A DNA stretch of 64,000 nucleotides, from positions 9,234 through 73,233 of the forward strand of contig JBLINY010000009.1 in the NCBI GenBank assembly GCA_047638695.1. Direction: 5' to 3'. Positions 52,654 to 61,616 of the stretch are shown one piece after another (the stretch's first letter is position 1; each line of letters opens with the position of its first letter). The notes beneath the pieces are model-generated. The model ran no database searches. It saw only the letters and a program-made list of their open reading frames with translations, and was not told the DNA's origin. This DNA comes from Acidimicrobiales bacterium. Lineage in GTDB: Bacteria > Actinomycetota > Acidimicrobiia > Acidimicrobiales > SZUA-35. The position numbers and the translations under genes were made by a program.

Positions 52654-55116
52654 ATGCTGTCGCCTTACCGAGTACTTGACCTCTCCGACGAGCGCGGACA
52701 TCTGTGTGGGCAAATGTTGGCCGCCCTCGGGGCCGAGGTAATCGCCATTGAACCACCCAGCGGGTCGCGAGCGCGTCACATCGGTCCGTTCATCGACGGC
52801 ATCGACGATGGCGAGCACTCGCTCACCCACTTTTCCTACAATCGGGGCAAGAAGTCGGTGGTGCTCAACTTCGACCTGTTAGAGGAACGAGAGCGACTGT
52901 TTCACCTGATTGCCGCATCCGACGTGTTGATCGAATCCGATCGCCCTGGCCGTATGGCCGAACTCGGTCTTGGCTATGAGCAGGTGGCTGAGGAGTTCCC
53001 TCACCTTGTGTACGTCTCGATCAGCGCCTTCGGCCAGACAGGGCCGAAGGCCCACTGGGCGGCAACCGATCTCACGGTGATGGCCAGCGCCTGCACCATG
53101 TCGGTGACCGGAGACGAGGACCGACCACCCGTGAGAGTGACTGTCCCCCAGGGTTTCCACTTCGGCGCTGCTACCTCTGTCTCGGGCGTGATCGCCGCCC
53201 TCATCGAGCGCGACCACTCAGGCGAGGGACAGCACATTGACGCTGCTGCGCAACGCACAGCAACACTGGCGACACAGGCCGGCGTGCTCTCGACCGGCGT
53301 TGGAAGCATCGATGCCTCCCGTACCGCCGGGGGAGCCGTAACCGGGGCCATCAGGTTGCGGCTTGTGTACCCGGCGGCCGACGGGTTTGTCTCGATCACC
53401 CATGTTTTTGGCATGCCGATTGGGCAGAACACCCGTTGGCTCATGGACTGGGTGTGCGAGGCAGGGTTTTGTGACGAGGCCATGCGGGACAAGGATTGGG
53501 TTGGCTACCTGGTCGCACTTGAAAACGGCACGGAGCCAATTGCAGAGTGGGAAGCGGCCAAGGCAGCCGTGGCCGCCTTCACCAGCTCAAAGACCAAGGC
53601 CGAGTTGCTGGCCGGCGCTATGGAACGCCGTTTGCTGATGGCGCCGATCGCTACGCCGGCCGACGTCGTGGCCAGCGAGCAGCTGGCCGAGCGCGGCTTC
53701 CTCGAGGAGGTCGAGCACCCGGTAGCTGGCAAACTCCTCACCGTGCCGGGAGCGTTTGCAAAGTGTTCGGCCACGCCGTTGCGCCCGCTCGGTCCGGCAC
53801 CGACCTTGGGCCAACACAACGATGCAATCCTGGGCAAAGGCCGGTTGTGGCCGCGACTCGACCTCATTCCCCAGACTGGCTCACTCCGGCCTGACCTCGA
53901 TCCCGCAGGCGACTTACCGCTGAGCGGGCTGAAGGTCCTCGACTTCACCTGGTCGATCGCCGGCCCGCACGCCGTACGCGTCCTGGCCGATCTGGGTGCC
54001 ACGGTTGTGAAAGTCGAGTCGGCAAGCAAGCAGGATGCGGCTCGTGGGTACCGACCGGTACACAACGACGAGGCTGGCATCGAGAACTCCGCCCTCTTTG
54101 ACACCATGGCGGCTGGAAAGCGCAGCTTGGCCCTCGACATGTCGAAGCCGGGAGCGATCGAGGTCGTGCACGACCTCGTTGCTTGGGCCGATGTCGTCGC
54201 CGAGAGCTTCTCGCCACGAGCCATGCCCAAATGGGGACTCGACTACGAAAGCCTTCGGAAGATCAATCCGGAGATCATCATGGTTTCAACCTGTTTGGCC
54301 GGTCAGACCGGACCGCTGGCCAACTTTGCCGGCTACGGGAATCTTGGGGCCGCTCTGGCCGGATTTTATGGTCTGGCCGGCTGGCCCGACCGAGCACCGG
54401 CCGGGCCTTTCGGCGCCTACTCCGACTACACCTCGACCCACTTCCTGGCGGCAACAATGCTGGCTGCGATCGACCATCGCCGTCGCACCGGCGAGGGTCA
54501 ATACATCGACTTGGCGCAGTCCGAAGCAGCGCAGCACTTCCTGTCACCAGCCCTCCTAGAGGTGACCGCGAACAATCGGGTGATGGAACGCGACGGCAAC
54601 CGTGACCCACACATGGTTCCTCATGGCGTGTACCCCTCTGCCGAAGACGATTCTTGGATCGCCATTGCCTGTGAAGATGACGCACAGTGGCGAGCACTCG
54701 CGTCCATGATGGGTCGAGACGATCTGCTGAGCGACTCCGGGTTAGGCTCGCTCGCTGGCCGCCTGGCACGAGTGGATGAACTCGATGCCGCTGTCGCTAC
54801 ATGGTCAGAACAGTTCGAAAACACCCAGCTCGACCAAAAGTTGCAGGAGGTCGGTGTGGCCGCCCACGCCGTGCTTACCGGGGCCGGCTGCCTTGCTGAT
54901 TCACAGTTCGCTCACGCAGGCCATTTCTTGCGTCCCGATCACCCCGACCGGGGTTGCCTTATCGAGAACACCAGATTTCGAATGTCGCGCACGGCAACCA
55001 ACGTCAACACTCGAGCCCCATTCTTGGGTGAGCACACGTTCGAAATCCTCACCAATGTGCTTGGCTACAACAATGACCGAATCGCCCAACTGGCAGCGGC
55101 CGAAATTCTGGAGTGA
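52654..55116 (+). CDS. Fused double-domain family III CoA-transferase
   Basis: 820-aa ORF with two complete CaiB/BaiF modules. YRVLDLSDERGHLCGQMLAALGAEVIAIEPP and LKVLDFTWSIAGPHAVRVLADLGATVVKVES. Confidence 0.85.
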   Translation: MLSPYRVLDLSDERGHLCGQMLAALGAEVIAIEPPSGSRARHIGPFIDGIDDGEHSLTHFSYNRGKKSVVLNFDLLEERERLFHLIAASDVLIESDRPGRMAELGLGYEQVAEEFPHLVYVSISAFGQTGPKAHWAATDLTVMASACTMSVTGDEDRPPVRVTVPQGFHFGAATSVSGVIAALIERDHSGEGQHIDAAAQRTATLATQAGVLSTGVGSIDASRTAGGAVTGAIRLRLVYPAADGFVSITHVFGMPIGQNTRWLMDWVCEAGFCDEAMRDKDWVGYLVALENGTEPIAEWEAAKAAVAAFTSSKTKAELLAGAMERRLLMAPIATPADVVASEQLAERGFLEEVEHPVAGKLLTVPGAFAKCSATPLRPLGPAPTLGQHNDAILGKGRLWPRLDLIPQTGSLRPDLDPAGDLPLSGLKVLDFTWSIAGPHAVRVLADLGATVVKVESASKQDAARGYRPVHNDEAGIENSALFDTMAAGKRSLALDMSKPGAIEVVHDLVAWADVVAESFSPRAMPKWGLDYESLRKINPEIIMVSTCLAGQTGPLANFAGYGNLGAALAGFYGLAGWPDRAPAGPFGAYSDYTSTHFLAATMLAAIDHRRRTGEGQYIDLAQSEAAQHFLSPALLEVTANNRVMERDGNRDPHMVPHGVYPSAEDDSWIAIACEDDAQWRALASMMGRDDLLSDSGLGSLAGRLARVDELDAAVATWSEQFENTQLDQKLQEVGVAAHAVLTGAGCLADSQFAHAGHFLRPDHPDRGCLIENTRFRMSRTATNVNTRAPFLGEHTFEILTNVLGYNNDRIAQLAAAEILE

Positions 55117-55949
55117 ATGACATGGGATGTGTACTCATCACCGGCTGTAGCTCGGGAATCGGGCTGGAAACGGCAGCCGCGTTCGCTGAGCAAGGACACA
55201 GCGTTCTGGCCGGTGTGCGTCGGGTCGAGTCGATGGCCGATGTCCGTGAACGTTGGGCCGGGCCTGAGGTGACACCGGTCATCCTCGATGTGACGAGCAG
55301 CGGCAGCGTCGAGGCCTGTGTCGTTGAAGCGATCGCCGAACACGGCTCGATCGATGTGCTGGTGAACAACGCGGGCATTGGTGCCATTGGATCGCTCGAG
55401 GACACGGCCGAGGAAATCTATCGCCGGGTGTTCGAGACGAACGTCTTCGGCGTGATTGCCATGACCCAGGCTGTGCTACCCCACATGCGACAAGCCGGCG
55501 GTGGCACGATCATTAATGTGGGATCGATCGTGGGCCGTGTCGCCGTGCCGTTCCAGGGCGTCTACAGCGCGACGAAACACGCCGTTGAGGCCCTCACCGA
55601 TGCCGTTCACTACGAGTCCTCCCGGTTCGGGATTCGCATGCGCGTGGTCGAGCCCGGCCGGATACCCACCGCATTTCCATCGAACCTCGTAAGCAGGCGC
55701 GCTCCCGACGAGTCGCCCTATCGGGCGATCAATCGGGAGTGGGAGGCTGGGTGGTCGACCATGCCGGGCAGAGAAGAGCTCGCCAGCGCGGCCGACGTCG
55801 CAACTGCCATCGTTGCCGCCAGCAGCGACGACTCACCCCGACACGTCCCCGTTGGCAACGACTCTGCTCTGCTGATCGCAGCTCGGGAGTCGATGTCGCC
55901 CGAGGCGTTCGAAGACCACCTTCGTTCGACCTCAGGCTTTCTCGGCTAA
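55113..55949 (+). CDS. Classical short-chain dehydrogenase/reductase
   Basis: 278-aa ORF (GTG 55113 overlaps the upstream stop; alternative ATG 55122). TGCSSGIG, NNAG, YSATKHAVE (YxxxK). Confidence 0.85.
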   Translation: MNDMGCVLITGCSSGIGLETAAAFAEQGHSVLAGVRRVESMADVRERWAGPEVTPVILDVTSSGSVEACVVEAIAEHGSIDVLVNNAGIGAIGSLEDTAEEIYRRVFETNVFGVIAMTQAVLPHMRQAGGGTIINVGSIVGRVAVPFQGVYSATKHAVEALTDAVHYESSRFGIRMRVVEPGRIPTAFPSNLVSRRAPDESPYRAINREWEAGWSTMPGREELASAADVATAIVAASSDDSPRHVPVGNDSALLIAARESMSPEAFEDHLRSTSGFLG

Positions 55950-55994
55950 CTGCGGCAACGAGCCTCGTGGGCCTGGGGAGCTACTGTTCCCGGC

Positions 55995-57704
55995 ATGCAT
56001 GACCTCGTGATTCGCAACGGCACGGTTGTCGACGGGAGCGGCGACAACCGGCAGGTTGCCGATGTTGCTGTTACCGATGGCATTGTCACCCACGTTGGCA
56101 TCGTCGATGGGGTGGCAACCCGCACCATCGACGCCGAGGGACAGCTCGTGCTGCCCGGTTGGGTCGACATTCACACGCACTATGACGGCCAGGCAACGTG
56201 GGATCCCGATATGACACCCTCCTCGTGGCACGGTGTCACCACCGCAGTTTTCGGCAACTGCGGGGTCGGCTTCGCTCCGGTTCGACCGGGGGGCGAGGAC
56301 TTTCTCATCAACCTGATGGAAGGTGTCGAAGACATTCCGGGCACGGTGCTCTCAGAGGGAATCGACTTTTCGTGGGAGACCTATCCCGAGTATCTCGATG
56401 TTCTCTCTCAGACCCCTCGCGTCATGGACATCGGTGCCCAGCTTCCTCATGGGGCGCTGCGCTTCTACGTGATGGGAGAGCGGGGAGCCGACCACGAGGC
56501 TGTGCCAACTTCTGATGAGCTTGGCCAGCTCGGCACACTGGTGCAGGAGGCCTTGGGAGCTGGTGCTCTCGGTTTCTCGACGAGTCGAACAACTAAACAC
56601 AAGGCTGCAGACGGCCGCTTGACGCCCAGCCTGTCGGCCGGCGACCCTGAACTGGCGGCCGTTGCCGAAGCCATGCGGGCCGCTGAGGCTGGCGTGCTTC
56701 AGGTGAACTCCGACTTCGGCCCTGGAGACTTCGAGCATCTCCGCCAGGCGGCCGCCATCTCCGGGCGACCGCTGTCGGTTCTGTTGCTCCAGGTCGACAG
56801 CGACCCCGAACGGTGGCGGACCACGCGGGACGAAATACATCAAGCCAATGCCAACGGCATCACGGCAACGGGCCAGGTGGGATGCCGCCCGATCGGCGTG
56901 ATGCTTGGACTCGACGCCACGGTGAACCCGTTCCGGACCAACCCGGCGTACGAGGCCATCGCCGATCTTCCACTGGCCGAGCGGGCGGCTCGGATGCGTA
57001 ACGACGATGTGCTGCGTCGCGCGCTGGTTCGTGAGCGTCCATCAGATGCTCACGTCACCTGGATGGACTACGCCCTGACCCGCAGCTATGAGCTGGGCGA
57101 TCAGCTCAACTACGAGCCCGATCCTGCAGATTCGATCGCCAACAAGGCAGCCGCGTCGGGTGTTGACCCGTGGCAGCTGCTGCTTGATCTACTTTCGGCT
57201 GGCGATGGCACAACGCTGCTGTTGTATCCGTTCGAGAATTACTTCAACGGCAACCTCGAAGACATCAGAGAGATGTTGTCTGATCCGTACACCATCTGTG
57301 GGATCGGCGATGCTGGCGCCCACGTCGGCACGATCTGCGATGCGTCCTACCCAACCTATTTGCTCAGCCACTGGACCCGAGACCGGACGCGGGGCGAGCA
57401 GTTGCCGCTCGAGTTCGTCGTGAACAAGCAGACTCGCCGAACGGCCGAGACCTACGGCCTCCTTGATCGTGGTCTCATCCGACCTGGTTATCGGGCCGAC
57501 ATCAACGTCATCGACCACGCAGCTATCTCGGTCGGTCGACCGGAGCTGATCTTCGATTTGCCGGCCGGTGGCAAGCGACTGATTCAACGCCCGGAGGGCT
57601 ACCTCCATACCTTCGTCGCCGGCACCGAGACGTTGGCCGGTGGCGAGTTCACGGGCGCACGCCCAGGCGGGCTGGTGCGAGGGGCACAGCCGGAGCCCGG
57701 CTGA
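55995..57704 (+). CDS. D-aminoacylase-like amidohydrolase (paralogue of 3990..5696)
   Basis: 569-aa [41 protein letters not shown]. By eye roughly 55-60% identical to ORF 3990..5696 over the N-terminal region. Confidence 0.85.
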   Translation: MHDLVIRNGTVVDGSGDNRQVADVAVTDGIVTHVGIVDGVATRTIDAEGQLVLPGWVDIHTHYDGQATWDPDMTPSSWHGVTTAVFGNCGVGFAPVRPGGEDFLINLMEGVEDIPGTVLSEGIDFSWETYPEYLDVLSQTPRVMDIGAQLPHGALRFYVMGERGADHEAVPTSDELGQLGTLVQEALGAGALGFSTSRTTKHKAADGRLTPSLSAGDPELAAVAEAMRAAEAGVLQVNSDFGPGDFEHLRQAAAISGRPLSVLLLQVDSDPERWRTTRDEIHQANANGITATGQVGCRPIGVMLGLDATVNPFRTNPAYEAIADLPLAERAARMRNDDVLRRALVRERPSDAHVTWMDYALTRSYELGDQLNYEPDPADSIANKAAASGVDPWQLLLDLLSAGDGTTLLLYPFENYFNGNLEDIREMLSDPYTICGIGDAGAHVGTICDASYPTYLLSHWTRDRTRGEQLPLEFVVNKQTRRTAETYGLLDRGLIRPGYRADINVIDHAAISVGRPELIFDLPAGGKRLIQRPEGYLHTFVAGTETLAGGEFTGARPGGLVRGAQPEPG

Positions 57705-57727
57705 GCAAGTACAGCCCAGCCCAGCAG

Positions 57728-58420
57728 CTAGTCGTCGAAGCCGATGTAGCTCACGACGTCGCTGTTGTCGGCTCGCCGAGACTTCACATCGTTGGCGACG
57801 AATTCGTCGTTGGGCCACCCCATGGCAACGCAGGTCATGATGACTTCGTCCTCGGGGATGTTGGCGAACTCACGAACCACCGACGATTGCATGATGCCCT
57901 GGCCGTTGATGACGGTGCCGAGGCCCTTGGTCCACGCAGCCAGCACGAGGCCATAGGTCGCGGCTCCTAAATCGAAGTGGCTCACCGTGTCGTCGGCTAG
58001 TTCGGCGTCGATCGTCACAACAATCGAAACCGGCGCATCAAACTGACGGAATCCCCGCATCACCCAGTCTTGGCGGCGCTCCTTGTCATCGCGTTCAATA
58101 CCCATGGCCTCGAACAGCTGAATGGCGACCTCGACCTGGCGGTCGCGGTGAATGCCCTCGTAGCCGTGACCCATCTTGATCTCGCGGTCGACCGCAGCGC
58201 CGGCCAACATACGTTCTGAGTTGCCCTCGCGGATTCGTTCGAGGGGATCGCCAGTGACGACGTGAAAGTGCCATGGTTGGGTGTTCATGGAGGATGGCGC
58301 CATCTTCGCCAGAGATACGACTTCGCCGATCAGTTCCTTGCTGACCGGCTCGTCCTTGTATCCCCGAATGCTGCGGCGATCTTGCACAAGACTTGCGTAA
58401 TCCATGGTTTCTTTAGTCAC
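57728..58420 (-). CDS. Nitroreductase-family flavoprotein
   Basis: 230-aa ORF. RRSIRGYKDEPV, SSMNTQPWHF. Confidence 0.8.
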   Translation of the reverse strand: MTKETMDYASLVQDRRSIRGYKDEPVSKELIGEVVSLAKMAPSSMNTQPWHFHVVTGDPLERIREGNSERMLAGAAVDREIKMGHGYEGIHRDRQVEVAIQLFEAMGIERDDKERRQDWVMRGFRQFDAPVSIVVTIDAELADDTVSHFDLGAATYGLVLAAWTKGLGTVINGQGIMQSSVVREFANIPEDEVIMTCVAMGWPNDEFVANDVKSRRADNSDVVSYIGFDD

Positions 58421-58511
58421 GACTGAACTATCGCCGGTCCGGTGGCCGGTGCCAACCGCTGTACGGGAACGGGTTAGGGCCCGGGATCTATCGACCCGGC
58501 ACCAGGCGAAC

Positions 58512-58556
58512 CTGGGCTAGGCGATACTGGGCTAGGCGATACTGGGCTAGGCGAAA
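58512..58556. repeat. 15-bp tandem repeat x3 (CTGGGCTAGGCGATA) overlapping the stop codon of the minus-strand MaoC gene
   Basis: Copies at 58512, 58527 and 58542; the last, ...GCGAAA, runs into the coding sequence. A partial related copy lies at 58501-58511. Minus-strand TAG at 58549, 58534 and 58519, giving three in-frame stops 15 nt apart. Confidence 0.9.
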
Positions 58557-59020
58557 ACTGTGCGACCGATCCACTCCGCCACCAGCGCCGGCTTGTCTTG
58601 GCCCTCGATTTCAACCGTCATGGCTCGAGTTTGGTCGACGGCGTTGCCTTTGAGCTCGACTCCGACGGTGGCTGCCGTCGCTCGAATGCGCGCGCCCGAG
58701 GGGACCGGGTTGACGAAGCGGACCTTGTTGAGGCCGTAGTTCACGCCCATCAGCGCGCCGCTGAGCTTGCTGAAATCGGAGGGGATGCTGGTGGACAGAT
58801 GCACCAGCATGCTCAGGGTAAGGAACCCGTGAGCAACGGTTCCTCCGAACGGAGTTTGCGCTGCCTTCTCGGGGTCGAGGTGGATGAACTGGTGATCGAG
58901 CGTGGCGTCGGCAAAGGAGTTGATTTGCTCCTGGGTGACCTCAAACCAATCGCCAACAGCCGGTGCCTCGCCTATCAGCTTGTTCAACTCGTCATATGCA
59001 GCTTGCGCATTTTCGCTCAT
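58547..59020 (-). CDS. MaoC-like (R)-specific enoyl-CoA hydratase (hot-dog fold)
   Basis: ATG 59020 preceded by GGAG (6-nt spacer) within ORF 58547..59062. ATLDHQFIHLDPEKAAQTPFGGTVAHGFLTLS hydratase motif. Confidence 0.85.
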   Translation of the reverse strand: MSENAQAAYDELNKLIGEAPAVGDWFEVTQEQINSFADATLDHQFIHLDPEKAAQTPFGGTVAHGFLTLSMLVHLSTSIPSDFSKLSGALMGVNYGLNKVRFVNPVPSGARIRATAATVGVELKGNAVDQTRAMTVEIEGQDKPALVAEWIGRTVFA

Positions 59021-59107
59021 TTTGGACTCCATTCGTGGGCTGGCAAACGGTAGCGGGAGCAAACCCCGCGGGCGTCAGTTGGTGACCGTTCGTGCTCATC
59101 GACTTTG

Positions 59108-59932
59108 ATGGTGGCGATGGCCGATGTCCAGGTACCCGAGCAACAGGTGTCCACCCAGATTCGCTATATCAACACAGAATGGCGCGATCGGACTGACGCT
59201 CCCGTCATAGGCACGGGCGAAACTCGCCGTGCCAACACGAGCTACTTCGATGTGGAGGTGCTCGACGGTCGGCCCCGCGAGGAGTCCTACCGGCTGGAGA
59301 CGTCTGGGTTCGAGCTCGTCGGTAACAACGAGCCCTTCCATCTGGAGCACGATCGGTCGGCCTACCGGCAGAGGATGATCGATCTGGTGTGCGACCTCGC
59401 CGGCGCCGACGAAGCGGTGATGATGATGGACCAGGTGAGGACCGAGGACCAGAGTGACTTCAATTTTGCGTACTCTCGATTCGCTCACTGTGACTACAAC
59501 CTTGCCAGCCGCGAGGCGATGTCTCGCGACCTACTGGCGCGGAGGAACCTCGAGTGGAGCGAGAGCGCCACGTATGTTTGGTACAACACGTGGCACCCGT
59601 TCGATCACGTTGTCGAGCAAAACGCGCTGACGGTGCTTGACGTTCGTTCGATCGAACCGGGTGATGTCATTGACTATCGCTACAGCGGATACGCGGCCGA
59701 CAAAGTCTCAGATCGCGGGGCACTGGTGGCCGCACCGGTGTACAACCCGCGACATCGCTGGGTGTACTTCTCGGACATGACACCGCGCGAGGTGCTGGTC
59801 AGCAAACAGTCCGATGCCCGGCCCGGGCACACCAGGCAGGTGCCGCACACCTCGTTCATCGATGCCACCCGGCCAGAGGACGTTGCTCCGCGGCGCAGTA
59901 TCGAAACTCGCATTCTCGCCATCTTGCACTAA
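59108..59932 (+). CDS. Probable CmcJ/NvfI (AsaB-like) family oxygenase
   Basis: ORF 59105..59932 with possible starts TTG 59105, ATG 59108 and ATG 59117. My recollection of the family pattern: SGFELV, FAHCDY (HxD), PHTSF, RRSIETR. This needs an HMM check. Confidence 0.5.
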   Translation: MVAMADVQVPEQQVSTQIRYINTEWRDRTDAPVIGTGETRRANTSYFDVEVLDGRPREESYRLETSGFELVGNNEPFHLEHDRSAYRQRMIDLVCDLAGADEAVMMMDQVRTEDQSDFNFAYSRFAHCDYNLASREAMSRDLLARRNLEWSESATYVWYNTWHPFDHVVEQNALTVLDVRSIEPGDVIDYRYSGYAADKVSDRGALVAAPVYNPRHRWVYFSDMTPREVLVSKQSDARPGHTRQVPHTSFIDATRPEDVAPRRSIETRILAILH

Positions 59933-59977
59933 ACAGACGACCAGTCAGATTCGTCCAACAACAAAGCTCTCCAACAG

Positions 59978-60023
59978 CCAGACTTCAATTGGACAGACTT
60001 CCACGACACAGACTTCCTACAGC
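59978..60023. repeat. Three direct repeats of CAGACTTC spaced exactly 15 bp, just upstream of the alpha/beta-hydrolase gene
   Basis: CAGACTTC at 59979, 59994 and 60009. Related CAGTCAGATTC at 59942. Located between the TAA at 59930-59932 and ATG 60035. Confidence 0.8.
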
Positions 60024-60034
60024 GACAGGAACCC

Positions 60035-60721
60035 ATGACAACCTTCGTACTCTTGCACGGCGCCTACCAGGGCGGTTGGATCTGGAAGCATGTTGGCGAG
60101 CGGCTCACCGCCGCTGGTCACCAGGTGTACCGTCCATCGCTGGATGGCTGCGGCGACCGGCGCCAGCATCTCCGCCCCGGGATCACGACCGAGACCCACG
60201 GCGCCGAGATAGCGGCTTTGCTGGTCGCTGAAGATCTCACCGACGTCGCAATGGTCGGCACGAGCTCTGGGGGCATGGTGTTGTGTCGGGCTGCGGAGCT
60301 GGTGCCCGAGCGAGTAGGGCGAGTCTCGTTCGTCGATGCCCTGGCGCTTTTTAGCGGCGAGAAGCTTGGGGACATCGTGCAACGGTCATCGGCGCTGTCT
60401 GATGATCTCGCCACAAGCCCGCCCAAGGAAGATATTGCGACTCGTCTCTTCGGCGACCTCGAGCCAGAGGTACGTGACTGGGCGCTCGACCGCACGACTC
60501 CTCATCCAATCGCGGCGTTAAACGAACCGATCACGCTCGCCAGTTTCTGGGACGCGGCGTGGGCCGCCCAGGTGATCTATTGCAACCAGAGCAGCAATCC
60601 ACCTGTGGCTCATCAGCGGCGAACGGCAGAGGCACTCAACGCCAGCTGGCACGAACTCGACACCGGCCACTATCCGATGTTGTCGATGCCCGACGAGCTG
60701 TCGCACCTGCTTCAGAGCTAG
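60035..60721 (+). CDS. Alpha/beta hydrolase (SABP2 / methyl-esterase-like)
   Basis: 228-aa ORF. TFVLLHGAYQGGWIW. Nucleophile elbow VGTSSGG. C-terminal HYPMLSMP. Confidence 0.8.
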   Translation: MTTFVLLHGAYQGGWIWKHVGERLTAAGHQVYRPSLDGCGDRRQHLRPGITTETHGAEIAALLVAEDLTDVAMVGTSSGGMVLCRAAELVPERVGRVSFVDALALFSGEKLGDIVQRSSALSDDLATSPPKEDIATRLFGDLEPEVRDWALDRTTPHPIAALNEPITLASFWDAAWAAQVIYCNQSSNPPVAHQRRTAEALNASWHELDTGHYPMLSMPDELSHLLQS

Positions 60722-60773
60722 TAGCGAATTTAGCACAAGCTGGGCTCACCCATCGCCGGGGCCCACGAACAGC

Positions 60774-61607
60774 TCAGCTCAGCCCGAAGCCTTGGTCTGT
60801 CAGGAACTCGGCCAGTTGGTCGCGCTCTCGTCGAGCCACCATGCGTGACTTCTCTGTCGACCAGCCATAGAACTCGGCAACGCCCCACCGGTCGGTATCG
60901 AGCTGTTGGTCATCCGGTGGCTGGTAAGCGCCAGCCCGCCGCTTGTCGTAATCGGCGATCAAGTTTGGAGCTTCAGAGTCGTCATAAACATCGCGATGAA
61001 CCGTGACCGTTGTCGGAAGTCGAGGCGATAGGCGACGCAGTTCGCGTGGCCAGCCAACACACAAGCCGGCGAAGGGAAACACGTGCTGAGGCAGCTCCAC
61101 TATTTGGGCTACCTCTGCGATGTGGTTGCGCACAACGCTGATGGGGCACGTTCCGAGGCCCACCGACTCCGCCGCCCAGATGAAGCTCGACAGGTGGGTG
61201 GCCGCATCACCGGCTGCGTTCAAGAAGGCATCAAGATGATCGTTGGCGAACTCCGTTTCCTGCTGTTCGGCCACGCCCCGAATGCGGCGACTATCGCCAC
61301 AGAAAAGTAAGAAGCGAGCGCAGTCTGCAATCCAGGGCATGGTGGGAATCAACTCGGCGATGGCCGCCCGGCGGACGGGATCATCCACCACGACGACGGA
61401 ACACTGTTGGAGGTCTGACTTCGACGGTGTTGAAAAGGCGGCGGCCAGGACAAGATCGAGCAGCCCATCCTCGAGGGGTTGATCCAAATAGTCCCGGCAG
61501 GTCCGGTGTTCGAGCATGGCCCGAATGGTCGGCGAGCGAGGGAGATCGTCAATGGCAGTGGATGGTTCGCCGGCAAACCGGGCGGCCACCAAGTCGGAGA
61601 GCAACAT
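60774..61607 (-). CDS. Nitroreductase family protein (NfsA-like)
   Basis: 277-aa ORF. EHRTCRDYLDQPL, AFSTPSKSDLQQ, ESVGLGTCPIS. Starts 9 nt downstream of the MFS gene on the same strand. Confidence 0.75.
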   Translation of the reverse strand: MLLSDLVAARFAGEPSTAIDDLPRSPTIRAMLEHRTCRDYLDQPLEDGLLDLVLAAAFSTPSKSDLQQCSVVVVDDPVRRAAIAELIPTMPWIADCARFLLFCGDSRRIRGVAEQQETEFANDHLDAFLNAAGDAATHLSSFIWAAESVGLGTCPISVVRNHIAEVAQIVELPQHVFPFAGLCVGWPRELRRLSPRLPTTVTVHRDVYDDSEAPNLIADYDKRRAGAYQPPDDQQLDTDRWGVAEFYGWSTEKSRMVARRERDQLAEFLTDQGFGLS

Positions 61608-61616
61608 ATGCCGAGA

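Noticed and set aside
57711-57730. Pentanucleotide microrepeats at convergent or 3' gene ends: CAGCC CAGCC CAGCA at 57712-57726 and AGCTC AGCTC AGCCC at 60771-60785.
   Set aside because: They are very short (2-3 copies of 5 bp) and are expected by chance in GC-rich sequence. I noted them only because they touch stop codons, like the longer arrays.
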